From the NCBI GenBank assembly GCA_002787355.1, contig PCWN01000001.1, positions 13,838 through 77,837 of the forward strand: DNA of 64,000 bases. The letters are read 5' to 3'. The translations under genes and the position numbers were made by a program. How positions within the stretch are numbered: the first letter of the stretch is position 1; each line of letters opens with the position of its first letter. This stretch comes from Candidatus Magasanikbacteria bacterium CG11_big_fil_rev_8_21_14_0_20_39_34. GTDB taxonomy: Bacteria; Patescibacteriota; Patescibacteriia; Magasanikbacterales; UBA922. Under the pieces are notes generated by a model, which worked only from the letters and a program-made list of their open reading frames with translations, ran no database searches and was not told the origin of the DNA. This document shows, in pieces, positions 52,725-63,503 of this stretch.

Positions 52725-55700
52725 TTAAGAGCCGTTTACGGAGATAGTGATCGAGTCCCCATCAAGACGGGATCCATCTTTGATGGTCACAATGGTAGAA
52801 ATTTTATATCTTCCGGGTTCTGGAATTTCGTCCCATTTAAATTCAATGCGGTTATTGAAAAGTTGACTAAAATCATCTAATTTCTTGAGAAGTGTGGTAT
52901 CGGTTCCTCCCAAATTTTGTTTGTAAAATTCAACACTCTTTATGTCTTCCAGCTTATTATGTGTGAGATAGAAAACACGTGGAAAAGAAGCCTGTGAGAG
53001 TTCAATAGTTTTTTCTTCAAAGAAGAGCGTTGGGGGCTCTGCGGGAACATCCAAAATAAATGGAACTTTTTGTTCAAGTCGGTTCCCAATATCATCTTCT
53101 ACAATTATAGTAAGAACATGGTTTCCAGGTTCAACTCCGTGAAGTACCGTATTGAGGTTAAAAGGGTGAGAAGGAATATATCCTAAAAACTGGTCATCCA
53201 GTTGGTATCCAACATGCTTGACACCTCGTGGAGCAGAAACACGAATATCTGTATCCAATATTCTGCTGTGGAGTGTGGAAGAGACTGCTGGATGAATAAT
53301 TTGAAGAGATGGAATAAGTTCAAGAGAATATTCATCATCAAAACCTGCAGGAGGTTCTTCAAACCGTATTTCCCAGGTTGGATCTTCTTCTTGTTTTCGT
53401 TTTACCCAGTCTGCAATAGCTGCCTCCCAGATATCATACTGTGGGTCAAGATTCGGGTTTTCTGGTGGTGGACCCAGTGGATCTGCACGGTCAACATACT
53501 GCAAGATGGAGTGACCTTGTACATAGGTTCTCTCTACGACGAGATGCTCTGGTGTGGAGCTGGTCGCACGATTTCCCGTGACTTTATTTACTTTGAGAGT
53601 AACTCCTCCATTTTCAGATCCACGGAGTGCTGGTTTATCTGTTTTGAATTCTGGCATGGGGGGGAAATTCTCGGTTGGTAATTCTTTGAGTGCCTCACGC
53701 ATAAAGTGATTCCATATTGGAGCGGCAACTTTTGATCCCCCATAACCACGTTTCATGGGAGTATTGTCGGTGTTTCCAACCCAGACGCCAGAGACAAGAT
53801 TTGGTGTGTAGCCAATGGTCCATGCATCAATATAGTTATTGGTAGTTCCAGTTTTTGCAGCCACTTGAACATCGGGAATGGTCAAGACTCCACCGGCTCC
53901 AAATGCGTAGGCACGCGCCCCATCATTGGAAAGAACATTTGATATGGTTGCTGCGGTTTCTTTTTCAATAATGCGTTCCATTTTTTTGGGTTTCCACTCA
54001 GTGAGGACCTTTCCATCTTTATCTTCTACTCGGAGTATAGAAACAGGATTTGTTCTTAAACCACCATTGGCAAAAGAAGAGTAGGCAGCAACATGGTCCA
54101 CAAGTTTTACTTCTCCACCTCCTAAAACAAGTGAAAGACCATAGTCTCCATTTTCAAAAGTGGAGTATCCTAATTTTTTTGCGAAATCAATACTTTCTTT
54201 GGGACCCACCAGATACATTGTTTTTACAGCAGGAATGTTGAGTGACCCTTGTAGAGCTTTTTGCAGAGTAACTTGGCCATGTTCCTTGAGGTCATAGTTG
54301 AGTGGCATGTAAGGCTTTCCACTTACGGCAAAGTTTGTTTGTACATCCCAGAGATTAGTTTGTGGGGTATACCCTTTTTCAAATGCAGCGGTGTAGATAA
54401 TAGGCTTGAAAGAGGATCCTGGTTGACGTTTTCCTTGCGTTGCAACATTAAACTGCCCATTAATTTCTGGGGACCAAAAGTCTCTTGAACCCACCAGCGC
54501 CATGACCTGCCCATTTTTTGGGTCCATGGCTAAAAGTGAAGCATTATTTGCGTTGGCGTCTTCAAAGAGTTTATCGCTTTCTTCTTGTACCGCCTGTTCA
54601 GCAATTTTTTGCATTTTGTAATCAAGCGTAGTAAGAACATGAAGACCCCCGGTATCTACCATCTGTTCACCAAATTCTTGCACAAGCTGTTCTTTTACAT
54701 AGAGCACAAAGTGTGGTGCAGTAATATTATCAATTCTTTGTTTTAAATGGAGCTCTTGTTTTTGCGCAGTATCTTTTTGTTCTACTGTAATAAATCCTTC
54801 TTCAAACATACGTAAGAGCACAAAATCTCTTCGTTGTCGGAGAAGGTCAAGGTCATTGAGGTAACGCGTTGGTTGTTTAGGTATACCAGCTAGGGTAGCA
54901 CATTCATCCAAGGTAAGATCAGAAACATGTTTTCCAAAGTAACTTTGTGCAGCAGCTTCTATTCCATAGTTTGTAGATCCATAGGGGATTTCATTGAAGT
55001 ATATTTTCAATATCTGGTCTTTTGTATACTTTTGCTCAAGACGAAGTGAGAGGATGATTTCTTTTAATTTTCTGGTAAGAGTTTGTTCTGGAGTAAGGAT
55101 GGCATTTTTTACGAGTTGTTGAGTAATCGTGGACGCTCCTCCACCAACTTTTCCCTTCCCAAGAACACCATATACCATAGAACGCAAAATACTCAGTGGA
55201 CGAACTCCCCTGTGTTCATAAAAAGTGGTATCTTCTGTTGCTATGAGTCCCTGTACTAATTCTTGTGGAATGTCTTCAAGGTCTACTAATGTTCGTTTTT
55301 GATCTGAAAAAATTTCATAAAGGAGATGTTCTCCAGTTCTGTCATAGATTTTTGTACTCTCCGCAACTTTCCTCTGTGTAAGCTTATCCGGATCGGGAAG
55401 ATCTCGACTCACCCAAAAAGTAAAACCTACCAAAAAGATAAACCCAAAAACACATCCATACAAACAGGTCCAGAAGATAAAGTGTCTTAATCGCTTTTTT
55501 TTGTCCTTATTCATGTGAGGACGCCTTTTCCAGAAGAAAAAGATCTGTTTGAATATCCAAAAAAGTACCTTGAATGGAAAAGCAAGGGCGGAAAGGAAAA
55601 ATTGTTTCCATCGAGAGTCTTCCGGTTGATGAGAAAGAGGGTGGACGGAGAAATCTGGTGGAGTCCGTTTCGCTTTTGCACCGGTTGTTGTTTTTTTCGT

Positions 55701-55766
55701 TTCTCGCGGCGGTTTATTTTTTGGCTCCTGTGCGATGTATCCGTAGCTTCGGCGCTTTTCTGGCAT
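52725..55766 (-). CDS. Class A penicillin-binding protein (transglycosylase/transpeptidase) with C-terminal Ig-like domains
   Basis: ATEDTTFYEHRG, GASTITQQLVKN, RKLKE, QPGSSFKP, SLN, KTGTT. Confidence 0.96.
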   Translation of the reverse strand: MPEKRRSYGYIAQEPKNKPPRETKKTTTGAKAKRTPPDFSVHPLSHQPEDSRWKQFFLSALAFPFKVLFWIFKQIFFFWKRRPHMNKDKKKRLRHFIFWTCLYGCVFGFIFLVGFTFWVSRDLPDPDKLTQRKVAESTKIYDRTGEHLLYEIFSDQKRTLVDLEDIPQELVQGLIATEDTTFYEHRGVRPLSILRSMVYGVLGKGKVGGGASTITQQLVKNAILTPEQTLTRKLKEIILSLRLEQKYTKDQILKIYFNEIPYGSTNYGIEAAAQSYFGKHVSDLTLDECATLAGIPKQPTRYLNDLDLLRQRRDFVLLRMFEEGFITVEQKDTAQKQELHLKQRIDNITAPHFVLYVKEQLVQEFGEQMVDTGGLHVLTTLDYKMQKIAEQAVQEESDKLFEDANANNASLLAMDPKNGQVMALVGSRDFWSPEINGQFNVATQGKRQPGSSFKPIIYTAAFEKGYTPQTNLWDVQTNFAVSGKPYMPLNYDLKEHGQVTLQKALQGSLNIPAVKTMYLVGPKESIDFAKKLGYSTFENGDYGLSLVLGGGEVKLVDHVAAYSSFANGGLRTNPVSILRVEDKDGKVLTEWKPKKMERIIEKETAATISNVLSNDGARAYAFGAGGVLTIPDVQVAAKTGTTNNYIDAWTIGYTPNLVSGVWVGNTDNTPMKRGYGGSKVAAPIWNHFMREALKELPTENFPPMPEFKTDKPALRGSENGGVTLKVNKVTGNRATSSTPEHLVVERTYVQGHSILQYVDRADPLGPPPENPNLDPQYDIWEAAIADWVKRKQEEDPTWEIRFEEPPAGFDDEYSLELIPSLQIIHPAVSSTLHSRILDTDIRVSAPRGVKHVGYQLDDQFLGYIPSHPFNLNTVLHGVEPGNHVLTIIVEDDIGNRLEQKVPFILDVPAEPPTLFFEEKTIELSQASFPRVFYLTHNKLEDIKSVEFYKQNLGGTDTTLLKKLDDFSQLFNNRIEFKWDEIPEPGRYKISTIVTIKDGSRLDGDSITISVNGS

Positions 55767-56072
55767 ATTTATCTAAAATTAGGTAAATTTTGAGATTATT
55801 TTGTCCCCTTTTTTCTTTATTGTAGCACAAAGAGGGGGCTAGGAAAAGGAAAAACAAAAAAGGTCAAAAAAAGGAGATTCTGTTTTTTTGCTAATTTTAG
55901 CAAAAAAACACCAAAAAGGTATTGACAAAGAGGGCAAAATATGATACAATTGCGGGTCTCAAACAATCAAGGGGATTACCCAAGAAGGTTTGATTTAAAA
56001 AGGAGTGTATGCTATACTTTTGCTCACTTCCTTTTGGAACCGGTTTCTCTGGTTCATAACCTCGCATATTAT

Positions 56073-56591
56073 ATGACGAAGTTTATACAGAAAAACTTAC
56101 AAAATGTATATAAACAAATTGCCTCTCTTTTGATGGGTGCCGTAGTTTTAACATCGGTTTCCGTGCCAGGACTTGTTGCTACAGAGGTGGTAAAAAATAT
56201 TGATGAAAACGGAGGTATCCTTTTTGAGGCAGAGCCTCCGGATAGCTTCCCGGTTGCACAAAACCGGGAACCAAGAAGAGTTATGTGGGTGGTTGTAACG
56301 GCCTATTCACTAGAAGCTGCTCAAACAGATAGTACACCATGTATTCCTGCAAACGGAGAAGACCTTTGTGCCCTTCGTGAGTTACAGGGAGCACATAATA
56401 CCGTTGCAGCAAACTTCCTACGTTTTGGAACACAAGTCAAACTCCCAGAACTTTTTGGGAATAAGACATTGGTGGTCCGTGATCGGATGAATGCAAGATA
56501 CAATGGAACCAACAGGATTGATGTGGTTATGGATACCAGAGCAGAAGCAATCAAGTTTGGTGTAAAATATGTAAAGATGGAAATCTACTAA
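56073..56591 (+). CDS. 3D-domain (lytic transglycosylase-like) exported protein
   Basis: VTAYS..QTDSTPCIPA, VAANFLRFGT, VRDRM..RY..RIDV. Promoter TTGACA-N17-TACAAT upstream near 55922. Confidence 0.85.
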   Translation: MTKFIQKNLQNVYKQIASLLMGAVVLTSVSVPGLVATEVVKNIDENGGILFEAEPPDSFPVAQNREPRRVMWVVVTAYSLEAAQTDSTPCIPANGEDLCALRELQGAHNTVAANFLRFGTQVKLPELFGNKTLVVRDRMNARYNGTNRIDVVMDTRAEAIKFGVKYVKMEIY

Positions 56592-56639
56592 AGAAAAGAC
56601 AAAGAAAAAAATCCCGTGAAAGCGGGATTTTTTGTTTTG

Positions 56640-56713
<74 letters not shown>

Positions 56714-56849
56714 ATAGGCAAAGTATGAGAATCATATCATAAGAAGGCTTTTTTTTCAAGGGGGCAAAAGGGAGCTTGAGAAAAGAAAACAGTCCTTTTT
56801 TTGCTTGTTTTTATGTGATATGATAGTGGAACGGAAACTAAAGAAACTT

Positions 56850-59528
56850 ATGAAAAATGAACGTTTTGTCATTGTAGACGGAAATGCCTTGGTGCATCGC
56901 GCCTATCATGCCATTCCCCCTTTGAGTACCAAGGAAGGGCTTAGTGTGAATGCCGTGTACGGATTTACTTCTATACTTTTAAAAATTTTACAGGATTTAA
57001 ATCCCAGTCATATTGCGGTAAGTTTTGATGTGGCCGGTGGAACCTTTCGGGACGACATTTATGAAGATTATAAAGCTACTCGTGTAAAGGCAGATGATGA
57101 TCTGTATAATCAGATTCCGTATTGCTATGAGGTGGTAGAAGCGCTTGATATCCCTATCTTTACCAAGGAAGGCTATGAAGCAGATGATGTGATAGGAACA
57201 CTGGTAACAGAATTTGAAACCCGCAATGCAAAACTGGAAAGTGTAATTGTCACGGGTGATAAAGATCTTTTGCAGTTGGTAGATGACCAAACAAAAGTAT
57301 ATCTTCTCAAAAAAGGGATGAGTGATTTTCAGCTCTATGATGAAAAAGCTGTACAAGAAAAATTTGGATTCCTTCCCAAGATGATGATTGATTATAAGGC
57401 GCTCATGGGAGACAGTAGTGATAATATTCCGGGTGTGAAAGGAGTTGGACAAAAAACAGCTATGGAACTTTTGGAAAAAATTGGTTCTGTGGAGGAAATT
57501 TACCAACAGCTGAAAGATCCAAAATCAAAAATAAAAAATGCTTTTAAACCTGCAGTTCTTACAAAACTCGAGAATGGTGAGGGTGATGCACGAATGAGTT
57601 ATACGTTGGCAACTATAATAACGGACGTACCGGGTCTTAAATTCAAGCTTGAAGATGCAAAAATTCGTGAGTTAGATAAGGACAAGATTCTCACGCTATT
57701 CCAGCGGTTCGAATTTGTTTCTCTTATGAAAAGACTTCCCGGTGAAGTTGGAGAAACAGTAAAGAAAGAAAAAAAGAAACATACGTTTGTAACGGTAGAT
57801 GAGAAGAATTTTGATTCAGTATGGAAAAAAATTCTTGCAAAAAAATATATTTGCGTAAAAGAAATTCTTACTTCAGAAAATGTCATGAACGCGGAACTTT
57901 CTGGTTTGGTTTTTTGTGTTGCAGAAGAAATTTTTTATATAGAACTCAAACATATAAATGAAACTCAACAAAAGAAACTTTTCGATGTTTTTGCTGGTGA
58001 TACCTTGATTATTGGTCATGATCTGAAACAACTTTTGAAAGCCTTTTTTCTCAAAGGAATTTCTGTTTCTGTGCCATTATTTGATGTGATGATTGCCAGT
58101 TATCTTATCAACTCTTCTGTACGTGCCCACGACATGAAATCAATTGTGCTTAAAACTTTTGGAAAAGAACTGAAAGATCCTTCTTTGCAAAAAAGTCTTT
58201 TTGGTACGGACCCAAAGGCTATGGGAGAGGAAGTAGGATATTATGAGGATCTTTATCATGAATATGAAAAAAAATTGGAGCAGGATAGTAACCTCGGGCT
58301 TTTTAATAGTGTAGAGATGGCGCTTATTCCTGTATTGGCGCGCATGGAGATATCCGGAATATGTGTAGACAAAAAAAGATTGGAGCAATTGTCAAAGGAA
58401 TCAAAGAAATCATTGGAAAAGTTAACAAAAAAAATTCACGAACTGGCGGATGAAGAATTTAACATTGCTTCTTCTATGCAGTTAAGAGATATTCTCTATG
58501 AGAAGTTGGGACTGCCTACGGAAGGTGTAAAAAAAGGAAAGACGGGATATTCAACGGCCGCCGCAGAGCTAGAAAAACTTCGGGATGCACATCCTATTAT
58601 TCCACTCATTGAAGAATTTCGTGAACTGGAAAAGTTACGCAATACTTATATAGATGTTCTTCCCACACTTATCAATACAAAGACTGGGCGGATCCATACC
58701 AGTTTTAACCAAGCGGTTGCAACCACGGGAAGGCTTTCTGGATCAGATCCAAATTTGCAAAATATCCCAATCCGTACTCAAGCAGGAAGAGAAATTCGTA
58801 AATGTTTTATTTCAGAAAAAGGAAAAGTATTAGTTGCCGCAGACTACTCTCAAATTGAGTTGCGGGTGGTGGCATCTTTGGCAAAAGATGAAAAAATGAT
58901 TGAAATTTTTAAAAAAGGTGAAGATATTCATAGTGCAACAGCTGCGGCAATCAATGGAGTTTCATTGGATGAAGTGACCAAAGACATGCGTCGGGCGGCA
59001 AAGGAAGTAAACTTTGGTGTGCTCTATGGAATGGGCGCGCATGGGCTTTCATGGCGTGCGGGCATTCCACATTGGCAGGCGCAAGAATTTATTGAAGGGT
59101 ACTTCAAAACATTTTCTGGGGTAAAAAAATATATGGATGCTACCCTAGCGCTCGCAAAAAAAGATGGATACGTAGAAACACTTTTTGGCAGAAGAAGATA
59201 TATCCCAGAACTGCATTCCTCGAATTTTCAGATAAGAAATTCTGGTGAGCGTATGGCTATTAATATGCCGGTGCAAGGAACGGCGGCGGATATAATGAAA
59301 ATGGCCATGATAGAGCTTCACAAAAAATTAGAAAGCAGAAAATCAAAAGATAAAAATGAAACAAACATTCTTCTTCAGGTACATGATGAACTTGTTTTGG
59401 AAACCCCGGTGGGAGAAGGAAAAGAAATAGCAAAACTTGTACAAAAGACTATGGAAGAGGTTGTGAAATTGGAAGTACCCGTAGAGGTACACGTGGAGAC
59501 AGGAACCAGCTGGGGAGAAATGAAATAA
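56850..59528 (+). CDS. polA: DNA polymerase I
   Basis: VDGNALVHRAYHA, GYEADDVIGT, GDSSDNIPGV, TGRLS..PNLQNIP, DYSQIELR, QVHDEL. Confidence 0.99.
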   Translation: MKNERFVIVDGNALVHRAYHAIPPLSTKEGLSVNAVYGFTSILLKILQDLNPSHIAVSFDVAGGTFRDDIYEDYKATRVKADDDLYNQIPYCYEVVEALDIPIFTKEGYEADDVIGTLVTEFETRNAKLESVIVTGDKDLLQLVDDQTKVYLLKKGMSDFQLYDEKAVQEKFGFLPKMMIDYKALMGDSSDNIPGVKGVGQKTAMELLEKIGSVEEIYQQLKDPKSKIKNAFKPAVLTKLENGEGDARMSYTLATIITDVPGLKFKLEDAKIRELDKDKILTLFQRFEFVSLMKRLPGEVGETVKKEKKKHTFVTVDEKNFDSVWKKILAKKYICVKEILTSENVMNAELSGLVFCVAEEIFYIELKHINETQQKKLFDVFAGDTLIIGHDLKQLLKAFFLKGISVSVPLFDVMIASYLINSSVRAHDMKSIVLKTFGKELKDPSLQKSLFGTDPKAMGEEVGYYEDLYHEYEKKLEQDSNLGLFNSVEMALIPVLARMEISGICVDKKRLEQLSKESKKSLEKLTKKIHELADEEFNIASSMQLRDILYEKLGLPTEGVKKGKTGYSTAAAELEKLRDAHPIIPLIEEFRELEKLRNTYIDVLPTLINTKTGRIHTSFNQAVATTGRLSGSDPNLQNIPIRTQAGREIRKCFISEKGKVLVAADYSQIELRVVASLAKDEKMIEIFKKGEDIHSATAAAINGVSLDEVTKDMRRAAKEVNFGVLYGMGAHGLSWRAGIPHWQAQEFIEGYFKTFSGVKKYMDATLALAKKDGYVETLFGRRRYIPELHSSNFQIRNSGERMAINMPVQGTAADIMKMAMIELHKKLESRKSKDKNETNILLQVHDELVLETPVGEGKEIAKLVQKTMEEVVKLEVPVEVHVETGTSWGEMK

Positions 59529-59535
59529 CATTTAT

Positions 59536-62500
59536 TTATCCGCGCCATCTTTTCACAAAGGAAAGGGAGGAAGAAGAAATTTTCTTCAAAAAATTGAGTG
59601 CCATGGTACCACGTGCACGTGCCAGAAGCCCAATAAGAATGGAAGTAAGTCCGCCGGCTGTTGCGGTGAGGTACTTTTCGGTAATTGCTTCGGGAGGCTC
59701 TGTTATCGTTTCCGAAGACGAATCACGTATTGTCTTTTCAATGGGGTCAAGAATTAAAATATCTTCTGTACTTCGTGGTAAGAGCTGAAATTCATTTGAT
59801 CTCTTACTGACTATACCGGTAACTGAAACCCTATTACCAAGGTGATAGAAAGATTTCGTAATACCGGTATTTTTTTTGAAATAAATTTTCATCTCGGAAG
59901 TTCCATCATCAAGATACATCTGTGATCCTTTAAGCTCTGTAATTTCACCAGAAAGTTTAACCAGTTTTCCTACCATGGTATCTACAATATTTCCAATTTC
60001 AATTTGTAAAGGAAAAAGATCTGTATGACCAGAAGAAATTACTTTTATATCTTTTTTATCTGATATTTTTACTCGGGTTTCTCCAGATACTACAGAAATT
60101 TCTCCGGATACCTCAACCATATCTCCAATATGAATATTGGGAAAATCTTTTTTGTACATGTATACTTGTACTCCAGAACTTTCATTTTGTATATAAAAAA
60201 TTTGTGATCCCAAAGTTCCGGGAAGGGCTGCGACACGCCCTTCTACGATAACCTTATCTCCAATATCTGCATTATGGAGATTTTCAAGAGTCGCTTTAAT
60301 GAAAAAGTTTTGTTGTGTTTTTTTTGTTGAAGAAGGTGGAACACTGAAGGTAAAAACATTTTGTTTTCCTGGTGTTGGTGAGTTGGTCCAAACGTACTGG
60401 TTATAACTTTTATATACAAAGGCATATCCTTCTTTGGCCATATTATAGGAAGTGCTTTGTATGACCATATTTTTTTGATCAAGGATACGCACGGTGTCGG
60501 AATCATTATTGAGAACAAGACCGGTTTTTCCCCTTCCAAATACTTTGTAATCATTTCCTTTGAGAATGGTTCCGGTTGGAAAGGGAAAGGGTTTCGAACC
60601 ACCATCTACGTCATCCAGCTGAAGTCCTGAGAGATCCATATCATCTTCATTTGGATTGAAAAGCTCTATAAATTCTGCTTCATCATCACCATATGGATTG
60701 GGCATGATTTCTGAAATAATAAGAGTGGCTGGATCTGCCCAATTGTATCCTCCCGTACCAAAATTTTCTCCAAGAGAAAGTAAGAATGCTTCTGAGGAAG
60801 TATTGAATCCGTCATGCACAAGAAGAGTTCCAGAAAAAAGACCCTCATGATCAAACATAAATTCAACCAATTCCCCTTCTTTTGTTTGAGAATCAATGTG
60901 CCATTCAAACTCAAGAGGATCATTTTCCGGATCAGTCGTATCTGACGCATCTAAAAGTATGTGAGTATTCTTTTGGAGGTTTTTTGGGATGGAAATGACA
61001 ATGTTTGGTGCTAAATTTTCAGGGGTTGTGGTACTGTGGGGGTCGAAGTTTTTCACCCAACCACCCAAGCCATTGTGAAATATATACACTTCCCCTTCTT
61101 GAATAGTTTTGTTGTAATTTATTTGATGAATGATATTTCCAGAAGGTGACAAAATTTTTACTTCTTCTTCACCGGAGTTATTGAGGGCTATTCCTGTTTC
61201 AGATCGCCAAAATACATGGCTTTCCTGTGGTAAAAGGATTAAATCATGTATGGTATATTGCTTTGCTGATGCATCGGCAAGTTTAAATCCAGTAACATCA
61301 AAAGAAAGCTCGCCGGTATTTTGAATTTCAATAAATTCATTTTCGCTATCCTGTCCAACAGGGTTTGGAGAAAAACGAATAATTTTTAAAGGAGCATGGA
61401 TAACACCATTCTCCTGAATTGGCAGAGAAGTTTTTTCTGACATATTTTCTTTCTCCTCTTGTATACTATTTGCTTTGCCTTTGGTAATTATTTTAGTCAC
61501 CACAAAATCAGCTTCATCGTAGTTGGTGTCTATTCCATCCTTCTTTCTCGCAAGACTACTGGGATCGTGGGCTATGGGGGCAGCACCGAGTTCTCCGTAT
61601 CCAAGGCTATCAATGAGTTGGCCATCTTTGTCATACAATTTTATTAAGTCACCCTCATTGTTTAACCGACCACGGGGATTTTCCAAAACATAAAAGTCGT
61701 GAGGAAGAATGATTCTATCTTCCAAAAGCGTACGCGTTGCGCCACCGTCTTCAATCCACCATCCCCCAAGGTATATATTGTTTTTTTGTGTATTATAAAA
61801 TTCAATAAATTCTACCTGACCATCCGTTGGGTCACTTACAATTTCGTTTATAACCACATCTGACTCATGGAAAGTATTTTTTTGTTCTTGGTATGAACCG
61901 CTTGCCGGCGGAGTGGCGGGAGTCTTCGTATTGGTTTGTTTCTTTTGTATTGGAACAAAAACATTTGGGCTTCCTGGTGTTGGTTGTGTGGTTATAGAAA
62001 AGTCAGTGCTGTCTCGATCCGTATCAAAACCATCAGGGAGTCGTATTCCGCTTTGGGCTGTTTCCGGTGCTGGTGCATTGGTCGTATTATCGGTATGTTC
62101 TGCGTCAGTATAAGAACCATAGTATAATCTATCAATAATTTTTTCATTTCTATCTTTCAACTCAATAATATCACCCGAATTATTAAATCTATTACTGCTT
62201 GTCACAATGAGAAAAGATTCTTCTTGAAGTACACCATCCAAATAGGTGGTGCGTACATTATCTTTCAGAGAAAAACCAGTTATATCTATGGGGGTAAGTC
62301 CTGCATTGTATATTTCCACCCACTCGTATTCACTGGGTGTTGGATTACTCAAAAATTCATTTATTTTGAGAGGCGTGCCTACAGGTTGCGGTACTCCATT
62401 TCTCCCTTCCACGGATATGAGGAGACTTTTTGTGTCCGTTTGTCCTTTTGTGTCTGAGACCGTAACGGACACAAGATAGTCTCCTGGGGTAGAAAACACA

Positions 62501-63330
62501 TGTTGTATAGTTGCTTGCTCTGTGGTTGTTGTGTGGGAGTCGTTGAAATCCCAAAAAAACGTAAGAGTGTCACCGTCTGGATCTGATGAGAGACTGGCAT
62601 CAAAGGAAACACTTTCTCCTGCGTATATATTTGAAAGATTGCTGGTAACATACACTTGTGGTGGGTGATTTTCGTATGGAAGGGGTGCACTTTGTGAATT
62701 CTGTGGTGAACGGTCATTCCTTAAAAAATCATTTGCATTGTTGTTCGTATCTTGTCCATTTCCCAGAGATCCTGTAGGAAATCGCTCAATACTTTTTCCT
62801 GTTGTGGGGTTTTGTGCTGCAGCTTCCTCGTAGGAAAGGATATTTCCAAATCCTACAAGATCAATAACTTCAGAACTATCCTCTAAAAAGAGGGTATTAT
62901 GATCTGCTATGGATACGGTACTTGATGAGTCCCCATAGACAAAGTCTGGTGCCACATAATTATCTTGTGTAGAGTTTGCTATTACATAGTCTTGATGGGC
63001 AACGAGAAAAAAACCATGTGATGGTATACTTTGGTTATCAAGATTAGCAATAAGTATCTTATCTTCAGACTGAATTTTTGTAGCCGTAAACTTATAAAGA
63101 GATATTCCTGAAAGATTGATGAGTTCATTGGTTGGGTTGTATAACTCAACATATTCATCTTTTGAAGATGTATCTCCTTTTGTGCTTACTTCACTTATGA
63201 CAATATGATTAGAAAAATTTGGACCATCTGCGGTTACAAAGATTTTTTGAAAAGAAAAAAGTGTAAACAAAAAAATTGCTCCCAGGGGAAGCAAAAAAGC
63301 AAAAAAAAGTCCCCTCCTATAAATTTTCAT
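59536..63330 (-). CDS. Large surface protein: five lamin-tail domains, two PKD domains, two C-terminal OB-folds, C-terminal anchor
   Basis: Repeats I(S/N)E..(S/P)NP...E(F/W/Y)(I/V)E.YN, PKD motifs FDASLSSDPDGD/LDASDTTDPEND, OB-fold FYIQNESSGVQVY and YLDDGT. Confidence 0.82.
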   Translation of the reverse strand: MKIYRRGLFFAFLLPLGAIFLFTLFSFQKIFVTADGPNFSNHIVISEVSTKGDTSSKDEYVELYNPTNELINLSGISLYKFTATKIQSEDKILIANLDNQSIPSHGFFLVAHQDYVIANSTQDNYVAPDFVYGDSSSTVSIADHNTLFLEDSSEVIDLVGFGNILSYEEAAAQNPTTGKSIERFPTGSLGNGQDTNNNANDFLRNDRSPQNSQSAPLPYENHPPQVYVTSNLSNIYAGESVSFDASLSSDPDGDTLTFFWDFNDSHTTTTEQATIQHVFSTPGDYLVSVTVSDTKGQTDTKSLLISVEGRNGVPQPVGTPLKINEFLSNPTPSEYEWVEIYNAGLTPIDITGFSLKDNVRTTYLDGVLQEESFLIVTSSNRFNNSGDIIELKDRNEKIIDRLYYGSYTDAEHTDNTTNAPAPETAQSGIRLPDGFDTDRDSTDFSITTQPTPGSPNVFVPIQKKQTNTKTPATPPASGSYQEQKNTFHESDVVINEIVSDPTDGQVEFIEFYNTQKNNIYLGGWWIEDGGATRTLLEDRIILPHDFYVLENPRGRLNNEGDLIKLYDKDGQLIDSLGYGELGAAPIAHDPSSLARKKDGIDTNYDEADFVVTKIITKGKANSIQEEKENMSEKTSLPIQENGVIHAPLKIIRFSPNPVGQDSENEFIEIQNTGELSFDVTGFKLADASAKQYTIHDLILLPQESHVFWRSETGIALNNSGEEEVKILSPSGNIIHQINYNKTIQEGEVYIFHNGLGGWVKNFDPHSTTTPENLAPNIVISIPKNLQKNTHILLDASDTTDPENDPLEFEWHIDSQTKEGELVEFMFDHEGLFSGTLLVHDGFNTSSEAFLLSLGENFGTGGYNWADPATLIISEIMPNPYGDDEAEFIELFNPNEDDMDLSGLQLDDVDGGSKPFPFPTGTILKGNDYKVFGRGKTGLVLNNDSDTVRILDQKNMVIQSTSYNMAKEGYAFVYKSYNQYVWTNSPTPGKQNVFTFSVPPSSTKKTQQNFFIKATLENLHNADIGDKVIVEGRVAALPGTLGSQIFYIQNESSGVQVYMYKKDFPNIHIGDMVEVSGEISVVSGETRVKISDKKDIKVISSGHTDLFPLQIEIGNIVDTMVGKLVKLSGEITELKGSQMYLDDGTSEMKIYFKKNTGITKSFYHLGNRVSVTGIVSKRSNEFQLLPRSTEDILILDPIEKTIRDSSSETITEPPEAITEKYLTATAGGLTSILIGLLARARGTMALNFLKKISSSSLSFVKRWRG

Positions 63331-63503
63331 ACCTCCTTCGTTAAAAATTTGAATCGAAAATAATTATAACAAGTCATTTTTTCTTGTCAAGAACTCAAAC
63401 AAAAATTTTTTATACCCATATTGCAGTTTATAAAGGAATACACTATACTTGTCCTTGGGTGCTTTCATTCACCTCTATACTTTTTTATTCTTAATCCTTC
63501 TTT

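Noticed and set aside
63331-63338. AAGGAGGT directly upstream of the lamin-tail gene as a canonical SD
   Set aside because: Zero spacing to the ATG makes canonical function doubtful. Noted as a partial counter-example to SD-less host genes.
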